From NCBI RefSeq assembly GCF_000002075.1, contig NW_004797374.1, positions 502,693 through 566,692 of the forward strand: a stretch of 64,000 bases of DNA, read 5' to 3'. The notes under the pieces were generated by a model. The model was not told where the DNA came from and made no database searches. It was given only the letters and a program-made list of their open reading frames with translations. Within the stretch, counting starts at the first letter, position 1; every line of letters starts with the position of its first letter. Below, piece after piece: positions 37,499 to 48,742 of this stretch. Made by a program: the position numbers and the translations under genes. This stretch comes from Aplysia californica (Eukaryota).

Positions 37499-39185
37499 CT
37501 TTCACTGCTCAGTCAAGAAAGTGCCCTAGAAATCAGTAAAGAGCTTGCATAGCGGGTGTCGCATTCAACGAGGTCACATTCAACAAGAAATCGGCTCCAA
37601 CGAGGCAATCGTTAATTCCAGATTTTTACCTCTATATCTCTTTTGTAAATGTACGTCAGCTCCAACAAGGTTGCAAACAGGCCAAAGTCGCTTTCAACGA
37701 GGTCGCGATAACCAAATAAAAGCAATTAGTGGCCCCAAAAGCGTAGAATTTTTCTCCTTTCTCTCTATCTCATGCTAAGCAGCACAAAGCAAGGCCCATC
37801 CTCGATTCCTAACACATTGCATTGCTAGATCCAGTAAACCTCCTACAGTGGAATCCTGTTATAATGAGAGGGAGGGGACCGAAGCAAAATGTCCGTTATA
37901 GCAGGATTCTCGCTATAAGGGATCCAGTAATAAATTCAAGGGAAACTGTAAAGTAGGCCTAATCTATGAGTTTAATGTTCTGTTTTTCCTTTTGCTATCT
38001 CCCCTGATGATGATTTTGTTTCAACATGACCTCTAGGTCTTACTTGATAAAAAATCGAATCAGGTTTGTTTCTCTCTAGCGCTAGGTCTAGCGATGTGGA
38101 CTGACAGCTCGGCGTTGGCGATCAGAAAGAAAGGGCTCTGGGCTAACTTGCCCGCTGTGTTTTCCCCCCCACCCCACCCCACCCTGTGGTGCATTCTGTC
38201 TGCTTGCGCACGTCACACATTCAACATTCGCTCCATCCATCACATTGCTGTGACCTCTCCATCCCCGCATCCGAGAAGTGAGAGGCATGGCAGGCCTTGA
38301 TAATCTAAACTGGCCTATCACGCGATACGTTCTACTTGTCTGTGCATGCCACACCTTCCCTACTCAGTTGCTCCGGCCTTCATTGTTGACGCACATGGGC
38401 TCTCCTATTCTTTGTTTCGCAAGATCAGCAACAAGTTTCTCAACTGGCGAGGTCTAGCATTATGTATAATTGGTCTATGCACTGTACACAGCAGCAACAA
38501 TACTCCGCTATAACCGACTCGCAAGTGTGTCTGATAGCGCTATAGCAGTATTTTGTTTACAAAGTTAAATAGGAGAAAAAAACGGGGTTTTAGAATAGTG
38601 CCTTTATAACAGACTTCTCGTTTTTTCCGGACTCGTTATAAGTGGACTCTAGACCAAGAGGATGGGCGAGGGTTAGCCTACAGTAGGGACAGGAGTCAGT
38701 GGGCTGTGTGAAACTGGGTGAACTCTGGACGGGTAGGTCTAGATCAAGACCTTCATTTTTTTTCAATTGTCTTATTATCTTACCCTGATCAGAAAATCCA
38801 AGCTCCTGCCTTTACTTTACGTAGATCTAGGCCTAGATGTGAGAGGGTATGTTTCCACACGAGAAGTGTTCCGGTAAAAAATATTCTAATTAAAAAGCAG
38901 AAATGACGGTCAGAACACAGTTCAAACGCATACACACTGATGCTGTTTGGGATTTTCGTAATCTGGGGGAACAACTGTTTTAATTACTGGTATTGGTACA
39001 TCGTGTAATATAATAACTTGTCTCCTTTCTTTTCTTTAGCCTTGGTCACGTTTAACGAGAAGTCGGGTCCAACGAGGACAACAAACCTGTCCCGGCAACC
39101 TCGTTGAATGCGACACCCACTGTATTCCTTTGATTAAATTATTTTTGCTGGGATTCTTTAGGTGCACTTGGCTGCTTTTGAGCAG
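37499..39185 (-). pseudogene. Decayed TERT exon (VSR-like region) split by a MITE
   Basis: Removing MITE 37550-39122 joins 39185-39123 to 37547-37499: LLKSSQVHLKNPSKNNLIKGIQALY*FLGHFLD*AVK, with AG acceptor, GTACAT donor and phase 1 matching the next exon. Confidence 0.5.
37550..39122. mobile_element. MITE (CAGTGGGTGTCGC) with a nested CAGTGGAATCC MITE at 37846-38650
   Basis: Outer part matches 27902-28513; inner part matches 44295-45104. Confidence 0.85.
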
Positions 39186-40089
39186 CTGCAACAAAAATAA
39201 AATGAAAGAAAGATGTTTCCATTAATTAAAGAATTAGACAGATACTTGCCCTATACTATGGGTTGAAAGATTTAATCAGGGTCCCCATGTACGAAAACCA
39301 ACAACAATTGGAGAAACTTAATGGAGCTCAATTCATGAATGATTTAAATTTTAAGAAACCCTTAATTCAAAGTAGATTTTCATCAGTATTAAAAATTTTG
39401 AGTGACAAAAATGTGATTTTTACAGGGTAGAGTGTTGTGGGGTAACACAGAAAACACAACATACATTTTATACATTTTTACATGTTCAGTATTTTTATTA
39501 TTTTTATTTCTATACACTTACAGTTTTTATTTAATCGTTCTTGAAAGGATGTGGTATGGAAATTCAGCCATGTGTACTCAGAGTTGTCTGTGGAGTAATC
39601 AAAAGTACACTTCATTAGTGTTCAATTAGCTGTACTATGATAGGAAGAGAAATAAATGCTAATTAATTAGACTATCAAAGTCAATGATAAAAAGAGAAAA
39701 TTGATAACTTTTGCTATTATGGCGTGTCATGGTAATGCAAGCTAGTATAGAGCCAGAAAAACTCCTTCCAATGACCCAAGCATGTGATCCTGAGAACTTG
39801 AACTAGAGTTAACCATACACAGCCAAGTCTATATAACAATTTTAAGGTAATGGCTTAAAAAGGAACTTGAATTTTTGTTTAAAAAACCACAACCCCCCTC
39901 CTCCAAAACAAACAAAACAAACCCCAACTTCAACATTATGAAAAGATGTAATGAAAACAATTCTTCACTTCAGTTTCAGTGCAAAGAAAAAAATTACACC
40001 TGGGAGTAAATATGTGTCACGACGCGGTGAAATCAGGCGCTCGACAATTTTTGGGCATGTGGAGTTATTGATATCATCTGAATTGCCTG

Positions 40090-40635
40090 CATCATCATCA
40101 TTGCCTTTCTCAAGGCCACAGACGAACACTTTCCACCTTTCTCTATCCTGGACTAGCCTCTTGACGTTATTCCACGTCTTCCCACTTTCCTGTACATCAA
40201 TTTCTGTAATTCTTCTCCAGGTTCCACGCGGTCTTTCCCTTGATCTTTTACCCTGTGGATTCCAATTCAACAATTTCTTTGTTATGCAGCTGCCTGACTT
40301 CCTGAGAGTATGTCCAATCTATCGCCACCGCCTTCTTCCTACCTCATCTCTGACTGGGATCTGTCTTGGTTTTTTTTAAACACTTACTCGTTGGTGACCC
40401 TGTTTGTCCATCAGATCCTCAGTAACTTTCTTAGACACTTGTTCAAGAAAACCTGGATCCTCTTATGCAAGTCTGTGATATGAAAGCAGCCTGTGCTTTT
40501 CCAATGCGGGACTTTATTATTTCAGCGCCTGTTCCTCCCTCTCTGTCAATTATACTCCCAAGATAGCTAAATGATTCAACGTCTTCTAGTTCTAGTGCAT
40601 TTCCTTCTGGTGTGACCTGCTTATTTGGCTTGCTT
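40090..40635 (-). mobile_element. RTE-clade LINE 3' fragment
   Basis: LNWNPQGKRSRERPRGTWRR; (GAT)n tail; same family at 57480-58160, 61110-61482, 61856-61949. Confidence 0.85.
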
Positions 40636-40646
40636 CCAAAGAAATA

Positions 40647-42012
40647 CAGAGTGATCCAAAAAAACCTGTATGCCTACAACTTTTTTTGTTAATGTTTTCC
40701 CTCTACACTGAAGTTTTGCACTTCAAATTTGTACAGAACATTTGGAAGTCAAAAAGAATTGGTCTGATATTCATTTTAGAAAAATCCATTTTCAGCTGTG
40801 TCTCCATTTTTGTAGCATGGTGCACTAGTTCGCATTAGGCCTACCGCTAAAAAATCCCAACGATTGCGCCATTTTGCAAACTGCAGTAGTCTAACAGGCC
40901 AATAGAAGTTTGCAGATAGTTTTTCTCAAGTTTCCTTTGCTTGTTGTGATCATGATTAAGATTAGTAAAGAGTAGAGAGCTTTTACTTTTTGTATTGAAC
41001 ATTTCCTCACCACCGACTGATTTAGTAAGTGTCGCACAAGGTACAGAAATAATGTTAAAGTAACCATAAGGACTTCTTTGATGTCATGAGTGGAAATGGT
41101 TTCTCGATTAGTACCTGTAGAGAATCAGAGCTAAAAAGTCCCAGACAAAATGACCACTTGAGGAGAAACACATGTCTAGCATCTGCACCCCTTTAAACTT
41201 CACCAGGGTGCAGAATTCTGTGGATGGGCCCCATGATGAGATGTCTGTCCGTAGACAATGTCTGCAGCAATGACTTTCCTACATCTCAACTGTCCGCATT
41301 CTCAAGGCAGATATTCTATGACTACCATTTTCCCATTCGCGAAACTATCAGAGGTCATAACAATGTGTTTTTGATTCCTCTATCGTCTTGAAAAGAGTGG
41401 ACATTTCCTCTGTGACATTTTGGTTCCTTGGCAAAGCCCATTCACCTTTCAGCTTATATCAACTCCACAAATGCTGTCTACGTATTTGAGCAACCTCACT
41501 CCTCCCCCATTTGTCTCTAGAAATAGCTCCATACTATAAGGTGTGCAGTGTAAGTGGCTTTGAGTACTCATGGTTGAGTGGATCCTTGTGTTGGCCACAA
41601 TTGAACATTACCAACGACACGTTCAAATGTGTCGAGTCCAAATGAGGACATATTGACCTTTTGGTTCTTGGAATTCCAGAATTTGAAAAAAAATGTTTCA
41701 CTTTGTAGTGTAGGAGATTGTTTAAAGGTTACAGGGCTGGAAAATTTAGATTTTAAAAATAAAAGGAAAGGAAAAAATCAAACGAGTCATTTCATGACTT
41801 TCCTTTAAATTGGTGCACTTTGCATTTTTAGGTGGTTTTTATAAAAGCCATTTCCGTTTTCAAAAATAAGTTTCTTCTTTGTGAATTTTATGTCAAACAA
41901 ATTCCTTTTGAATGAATGATAAATGTTCCAAATTACAACATTCTAGTACAAATTTTGTGCGAGATATTATTTAGAAAAAAGTTTGTACAGTTGTTTTTTT
42001 TGGATCACCCTG
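40647..42012 (+). mobile_element. Degenerate Tc1/mariner-superfamily transposon
   Basis: TA-CAG(A/G)GTGATCCAAAAAAA TIRs; decayed WFxDEAHFHL-like transposase remnant near 41420. Confidence 0.7.
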
Positions 42013-42568
42013 TAAGTACCCACATTGTGTTTGAAAACGTGAGGTTACCTGGTTTCCGTATTGAAATTAGCTAGAAAATGGCCGCTAAAGTTTGGTCCAA
42101 TAGCCAAAGAGTCTTTGAAAACTAAAACAATGACATTTTGTGCCTTTAATCAAGTTTTTCAATAAAATTCACAAGGAAGCGTTTTTATATTGACATAAAA
42201 GAGGTTGAGCCAAAAAATGAAAATTCGACAAATATGTTCAAACTGGCGGAAAAATGCCAGTTTCTCCGATTTCTTTATTTTGACGAGTGCCTGATTTCAC
42301 CACCCTGCCTCACATGCGTTTTCACTGTAGCAAGGTTCCATAGCAAGTTAAAAATCATGACATACACCTTTGCGATCGATGATAATTTAAGTGAATAAAA
42401 TTCACCGCGTTGATGGAGCAGATGGAGAGAATCTTGAGAAATAATCTATTTGTTCAAATATATAGCTTGTCTTGTCTTACTTTTTACCTTCTTTCTTCTT
42501 CTCAATCGCATCACACTTGAAGTCTGGTTTCTGTCATATACTGGGCCAGCCTGCTCAGTTCACATGTC

Positions 42569-44197
42569 TAGCATCTGCGTTTGTTGCATTTTTTGTCTAA
42601 AAGTTGCCACAAGTTGCCATTAATTTTCAAGCTTTTAACTTTCTGTGACGACGTATCTATATAAGGAATATGTTGATAGAAGTCACTTAATCTAAAGCAC
42701 TAGAATTTCTTGTGCTCTGTATTTTAAGCATCCAGAAGATCTTTTGCAGCCACACAGAGTGTAAAAACGTGAAAAATAGAGGTTTCACAACAGAATGAAA
42801 TCAAAATTAGAACAGCAAAAATTAACAAATAGGGCGTATGTCCACCTATCCGAAGACTGGTCATTTTAACCTTAAATGTTTGTAAGTTTTAAAAAAGTAC
42901 AGAATATTACATCATGTAAATTATGGAATCACACACAGTGTGAGTATAGTGGAAACCTGATATAACAGGGATGGTGGGAGTAGAGAAAAAGTCCTGTTAT
43001 ATCCGATCCCTGTTAAATCAGAAAGGCGAGGAAAGTAAGCATTTGTGGACAAATCCAGCTGTACTTACTCATGGGTAGTTGCCCTTGCCACAAGTACCCA
43101 CGAACAGGGGTTTTGGCACTCACTTTCTCCTTGCCTCCTTAAACCACATCAGAAGAGCTTGGTCCACAGCATCTGCATCGGGTAGTCTCATCTTCTTTCG
43201 ATCCCGATCTTCTCTTTATCCTTGATAATAGTGTGAATCGACCCTTGTGGAATGTCGAACTGACGACAAATCTTTGCCAGTGGAACTTGCTTTTTGTCAA
43301 CAGCCTGGATTATTTCACATTTTTGTCAAATGAAAGGCATTTTCTCTTGCGCTTGACATCGTTGATGACACATTACACGTGCATGTTGCTAGGTTTCAGG
43401 CCAGATCGAGGTCTGCAGCGCACCGCAACCCTCTCTCACTTCACACGCTGCGTGTGCTCGCAGTGGCATGTCTTGCGTGGGCTTGCTCCATCACTGCGTT
43501 ATTTTCTCTCTCTCTCTCTCTCTCTTACTTTTTACTCATTGTTAACGAGCCTTTGTCCCTGCTATAACCGGTTGGGCTCCGATGAGGCCCTGTTATTGCC
43601 GATAACTTTTAATAGAGACAAAGAGTAGGAAAAATTGGGGATTTTTAAAATCGCTGTTATTACCGGATCCCTGTTATTACCGGGCCTGTTATATATGGTT
43701 TCCACTGTATTCAGTTTTGGTGGAAACACACTCTAACATAGCTAACACATTTATGTATTTAAAAAAAGGTAGACTACATTAAGCTATATCACAAAAAAAA
43801 AAAGGAAAAACAGCACATCAGAACAATAACAAAAAAAATTAAAAAAATTTACCCACCAGCAAATTAAAACACAACAAAGAGGGAAACATGAAAGAGAAAA
43901 GGCAATATAAATAGTATGTAATGTACTTTTTTTCTTCACTTGAAAATTACAAATCAACGTGGTGTCAACAAGTGAGAAAGAGATAAAGTGAAGTGAAAGT
44001 GAAAAGTAACCTTTCTTTCTAAAAGCAGAGGTTTGTTCCTTTTTTTTCCCCGCCCCCCCCCCCCTATTTTTCGACTTTTTATTACTCGGCTGTGTTTTTT
44101 TGTAGTTGTTTTTTTTTGTTGAAAAATGCCAAAATCGCGGCAGCGATTCACTGACCAAAAATGCCAAAAATCGCTGCCGCAACAAACGCAGATTCTA
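42569..44197. mobile_element. DNA element with TAG(C/A)ATCTGCGTTTGTTGC TIRs and a nested MITE (42947-43707)
   Basis: Inverted termini at 42569 and 44197; degenerate ~9-bp TSD ending ATGTC. Confidence 0.8.
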
Positions 44198-44294
44198 TAT
44201 TATGTCAGCCGTACAGCTTCTCTTGTAGTGTCAATGGGGTTGGCCACATTTCCTGTCTCAGGTTGCTTTATGAATGGTTTTGTTATATAAATTA

Positions 44295-45104
44295 CAGTGG
44301 AATCCTGTTATAACGAGAGGGAGGGAACCGGTGTCAAATGTCCGTTATAGCAAGATTCTCGTTATAAGGGACCCAGTAATAAATTCAAGGAAAATAGTAA
44401 AGTAGGCCTAATCTATGAGTCTGGTTTTCGGTTTCTTTCTTTTTGTAATCTCCCCTGAGGATGATTTGGTTCAACATGATCTTACTTGATCAAAAGTCGA
44501 ATCAGGTTTCTTTCTCAAAGGCTAGCGATATTGAGAGCTCGGCGTTGGTGATCAGAAAGAAAATTCTCTAGGCTAACTCGCCCGCTGTGTTGTCCCCCAC
44601 CCCACCACACCCTGTGGTGCGTTCCGTCTGCTTGCGCACAAAGAAACATACCACACCCCGCCCACGTCACACATTCACTCCGTCCATCACAGTACAGCAC
44701 TATGACCTCTCCATTCCCGCATCGGTGAAGTGAGAGGCGTGGTAGACCTAGATAATCTAGACTAGGCTGGCCTATCACACGATGCGTTCTGCTTGTCTGT
44801 GCATGCCACACTCTCCCCACTCATTCAATCAGGCCTTCATTGTTGGCACTCGTGGGCTCTCCCATTCTTTGTTTCGCTAGATCACCAAGTTTCTCAACTG
44901 GCGAGGTTTTACATTAAGAAATAGCCTATGCGCTGTGCACAGCAGCAGCTGTATTACTGCATAACCGAATCCAGTGTTTGTCCTATTGCGCTATAGCAGT
45001 ATTTTATTTACAAAGATAAAGAAGGGAAAAAACGGGGTTTTAGAATAGTGTCTTAATAACAGACTTTTCGTTGTTTCAGGACTCGTTATAAGTGGATTCC
45101 ACTG
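44295..45104. mobile_element. Tc1/pogo-type MITE (CAGTGGAATCC..TTATAACGAG)
   Basis: TIRs and TA TSD. Confidence 0.88.
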
Positions 45105-45287
45105 TAATGTGATTCCCTTTATCGCAATCAGTAAACTTTGCAGAGCAGATGAAAGTGAAAGCCTCATAATATTAAACTGTAATAGAATAGACCTGTGATT
45201 AATCTTTAAAAGAAAAATATTTGATAGATCAGTTAGAAATCCTGCTTGCTACTACTGAAAAAAACAAAAACAAATTTGTAGACTTGC

Positions 45288-45339
45288 CTTCCATTGTTCT
45301 GTTTGATGAAGAAACTCTAAGGCAGTCATTATGGCCACT
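45288..45339 (-). CDS. TERT: Putative TERT 5' exon (GC donor); ATG at 45294 gives M-E-D in phase with the 37435 exon
   Basis: Strong acceptor (T-tract + cAG), AAG|GCAAGT donor, ACA-ATG-G start context; an out-of-frame upstream ATG at 45329. Confidence 0.5.
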
Positions 45340-47121
45340 CTGAAAAAAAACAACACAAGTCATGTTTCAAGTCCTCGATCAAACAACCAGAAGTAGACAA
45401 ATGTTTTTTGTTAACTGTTACTTTAATTTTAATGGATAAAAGTTCACCAGTACTATTAATTTAGCACAAACTATCATTTACGGTACTTAATTTTCTTATT
45501 TTAAAGTCATTACAATTTTATCGACCTTTCACCGGGGGTGAGATTTGCTAGCGTTGGCTATTCTCATCCGGTGTGAAACAAAACCTGTTTTTCCTAATTT
45601 CTGAATACTGTCTATCGGTGGGGATGATCAAATTTACAAAAACAAAGAAAAAATGATGTTGTAGCACTAAAGTAAACATATTTGGTCGTCTAAAAAGATG
45701 CTACACGGCTATTTCGAGCCAAACTACGCCGGTCGCCATTTTGTTTTGCCCAAAAGTTCTCGTTACTCCTCTCTCTGGAATGTTTGTTTACACTGGTACT
45801 GGCATCACAATCACGGTGAACACACACCAGGTGAGAAAAGCCAAAAGGCTCGATCTCTCACCCTGGGTGAGTGGCCTACAACTGCGCTATTCTCACCTGA
45901 AGTGACCTAATAAAAAATATGGTGGGGGGTTTCAGGGGGGCATGCACCCTGAATTTTACCATAATTTGATGTTTTGCAGTTGTTAGGTTTGAAATCTTAG
46001 CTCGCCGCACATCAAACGTATTGATAAAGATCTAGATGTAGAATCTAGATCTAGATCTAGATCTAAGCCCAAATAAGGGGGGTGGGAACTACGGTACCGA
46101 AAAAGCACCTCTATTTCTCTGTCTCTCTCCCCTCTTTTTCCGACTCTCTCTCTCCTCTGTGTATCACTCACCCTCTCTTTCTCTTTGTCTGTCTCTGTCT
46201 TTCTTTCTCTCCCACCTACTTTCCCACTCTATCTTTCTCTCGTTCCCTTATTCTGTCAACTGGGGCATGTAATTATTTCCCCCTGTTTTCTACCACCTCC
46301 TCTCTCTCTCTCTCTCTACTCTCTCTCACCACACACACACTCTACCGGATCTGGGCGCTGAAACTTTCCGAAATCACAAAAGATTTCCCCTACTGGGTCT
46401 GTAGATCTATACTTATTGATTTTGTTCTCGGTTACCGGGTCTGTACACACTTCGTTATTTATTATGTTGGTTGGGGGGGGGGGGGGGGGGGGGGTCGCTC
46501 GTTACAGTACTGTAGTCCTTTCCCTTTATGGAGTCTACTCCCCCTCCCCAATTGTCTTATTCTCCTTTTATATTTCTTCTAGCCTGCATTTCACCCCTCT
46601 CGGTCTCTCACCATGCTTGGCCGTCTCTTATTGTTCGAAGATCATCGTCATTCAATTCATTGTTGGGGGAAGTTGAAGTTCATGGCCATGGGAGCTTGCT
46701 GGGTGCATCGACTGATAGAAAAAAAAAAGTGGACTATCCTGAGAAAATGACTTAAAACGCGGGCCACCAGCTCTTGTAGACCAGAGTCGCTTCGGCATCT
46801 AACTTAGACTTCAGTGATCAGAGGGAGCCTGATGAAGGGCAGTTTCACCCTCAGTTTGAACACATCGCCTCATCATAGTCATAGGCCTAGTCTTTGCCAA
46901 GAAAGTAAATATTGAAAAACATAATGTTAAAGAAAGCAAACTCAAGCAGTAAAGAAAAGAAAAGCCCGGAAATATTTTGTTTCGCCTTGTTTTTCACCAC
47001 AACAAATTAATACTTTTACCATGGATTCAACAATACCTGTTATAATATGTATGTCAATGTACAGATGTGTTCTTATTATGTGTTTGAGATAGGCCTACAG
47101 TGTTCAAATGTGTTTGTGTGT

Positions 47122-47182
<61 letters not shown>

Positions 47183-47524
47183 TTTTATGATTGTCTTCAG
47201 TGGCTACTGTGAGAAGCTGGTTATCTTTTTATTTTACATTATCGTATTTTATTTCTTTTGATGATCAAGGTTTTCTTTTTTTGGGGTGGTTAGAGGGTGC
47301 TCTGGTGTGTTTTTCTCCTTCTTTCCTATCAAACATCTGTCATCCTAATTTCTCCTCCTTTTTTTTGTATTTGTTACTCTCTTATGTAACGCCTCTAATC
47401 TTCAGCACTTATATGACCTTATTGTGTTGCTAGTGACGTAAAACTCTTACTGAAACTAAACTAAAAGATTTTCGTATTGTTTCACTTTTCATATATATGA
47501 GTCAATGAGAATTTCAAAGTATGG

Positions 47525-48560
47525 TAGGCTTTACTTTTCTTTACTTTTATCCGCCGCTTATACCCTTTCTTTCGGGTGTCGCGGGAAGAAAGAGACGTCT
47601 CTCTGTCGCCAGCCGGAGAGCTTGGGTCAGGGGGATGCCGTGGGTGGTTAATGTTTCCCTGATTCCCTTTATCCAGGTCTTTCTCAGTTGCCCTCTAGCC
47701 TTGTTGCCATTGAATTTTTGGATGTAGGCACGTTGTGCGGGATAGTGTGTTGGTAATCGTAGATGTCCGAACCATTTGATTCTTTGGTGTTGGATGTGAT
47801 GCATGACATCATTTGTGCCCACCTTTTCTCGGATTACAGAGTTTCTAATTTTGTCTCGCCTGGTCTTGTTTACTGCTTTTCTAAGGCATCGCATTTCACA
47901 TATTGTAATTCTTTGCTCTAATGTCTTGTTCGTGGTCCATGTTTGGCATTGATAGGTGAGTGTTGGGATGAATAATTATGGGGTTGATCATTTTGAGTTT
48001 GTTGTCATGGAGATGTTAGGATGTTTCAGTAGTGGAGTAAGCTGGTAACTAACATTATTGGCCTTTTGTACTCGTGTTTCAATTTCTCTGTTCAGTCGCC
48101 CCTCCTCTGTGAATATATATACTTCCGAGGTACTTAAATTCTTTGACCTGTCAGAGACTGTTGTTGTTGATGTGTATCCTGAGTGGTTCTGGCTTTCTGC
48201 TTACTTTCATTGTCTCTGTTTTGTTGATGTTGATCTTCGTGTCGTAGTTGTTACATTCTTCATTTAATCTGGTGGTGTGGTGTTGGAAACTTCATTCATC
48301 TTTGTGCGCCAGGCTTTGGTCATCAGCGAAGAGTAATTCATTCTGTGTTGGCCTCTTTTGTAATTCTATCCATATACATGTATATATGATAAATAGTAGT
48401 GGTGATAGGACACAACCTTGTCTTACTCCGGATGTTGTGTCGAACCATTCTGTGAGTCCCTTTGATGTCCTTACTGTACTTATGCTGTTCTCGTAAATGG
48501 CACAGATGTTATCTAGAAGTTGGCCTCTTAGTCTTACAGTGTAGTTTTCGAGTTTTCGAG
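47525..48560 (-). mobile_element. RTE-like LINE 3' fragment
   Basis: MRCLRKAVNKTRRDKIRN...IKWFGHL...; upstream GVRQGCVLSP and FADD remnants. Confidence 0.85.
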
Positions 48561-48562
48561 TT

Positions 48563-48671
48563 CGAGGAAATAGAGAGATTTTTCATCAGGCTCTGGCAGT
48601 TCTAGAGTAGGCTTATGGTTTTCCCAGTACCCACTTTGGCTGCTATCAGTGGTAAACGATCGGTACACAGT
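48563..48671 (+). pseudogene. Duplicated fragment of enoyl-CoA isomerase exon 2 plus its donor site
   Basis: About 90% identical to 49993-50101; TGG>TAG stop; 5' end abuts an RTE-like insertion. Confidence 0.9.
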
Positions 48672-48742
48672 ATGGAAGGCACTACATTAAAATGACTTTA
48701 TTTTTCACTGCAAGTCGTTGTATTTCTTACACTTCAGGCATA

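Larger units (their letters stand above)
42368..45176 (-). pseudogene. Decayed TERT N-terminal (TEN/linker-like) exon interrupted by two transposons
   Basis: Removing 44295-45104 and 42569-44197 restores a ~70-codon frame from the acceptor at 45177. After a frameshift comes AGPVY...RLRRRKK...RGEFYS, ending at a phase-0 GT donor (42367). Homology is weak. Confidence 0.35.

Noticed and set aside
46828-46862. CTGATGA suggesting a hammerhead ribozyme
   Set aside because: No GAAA core after stem II and no stem I/III.
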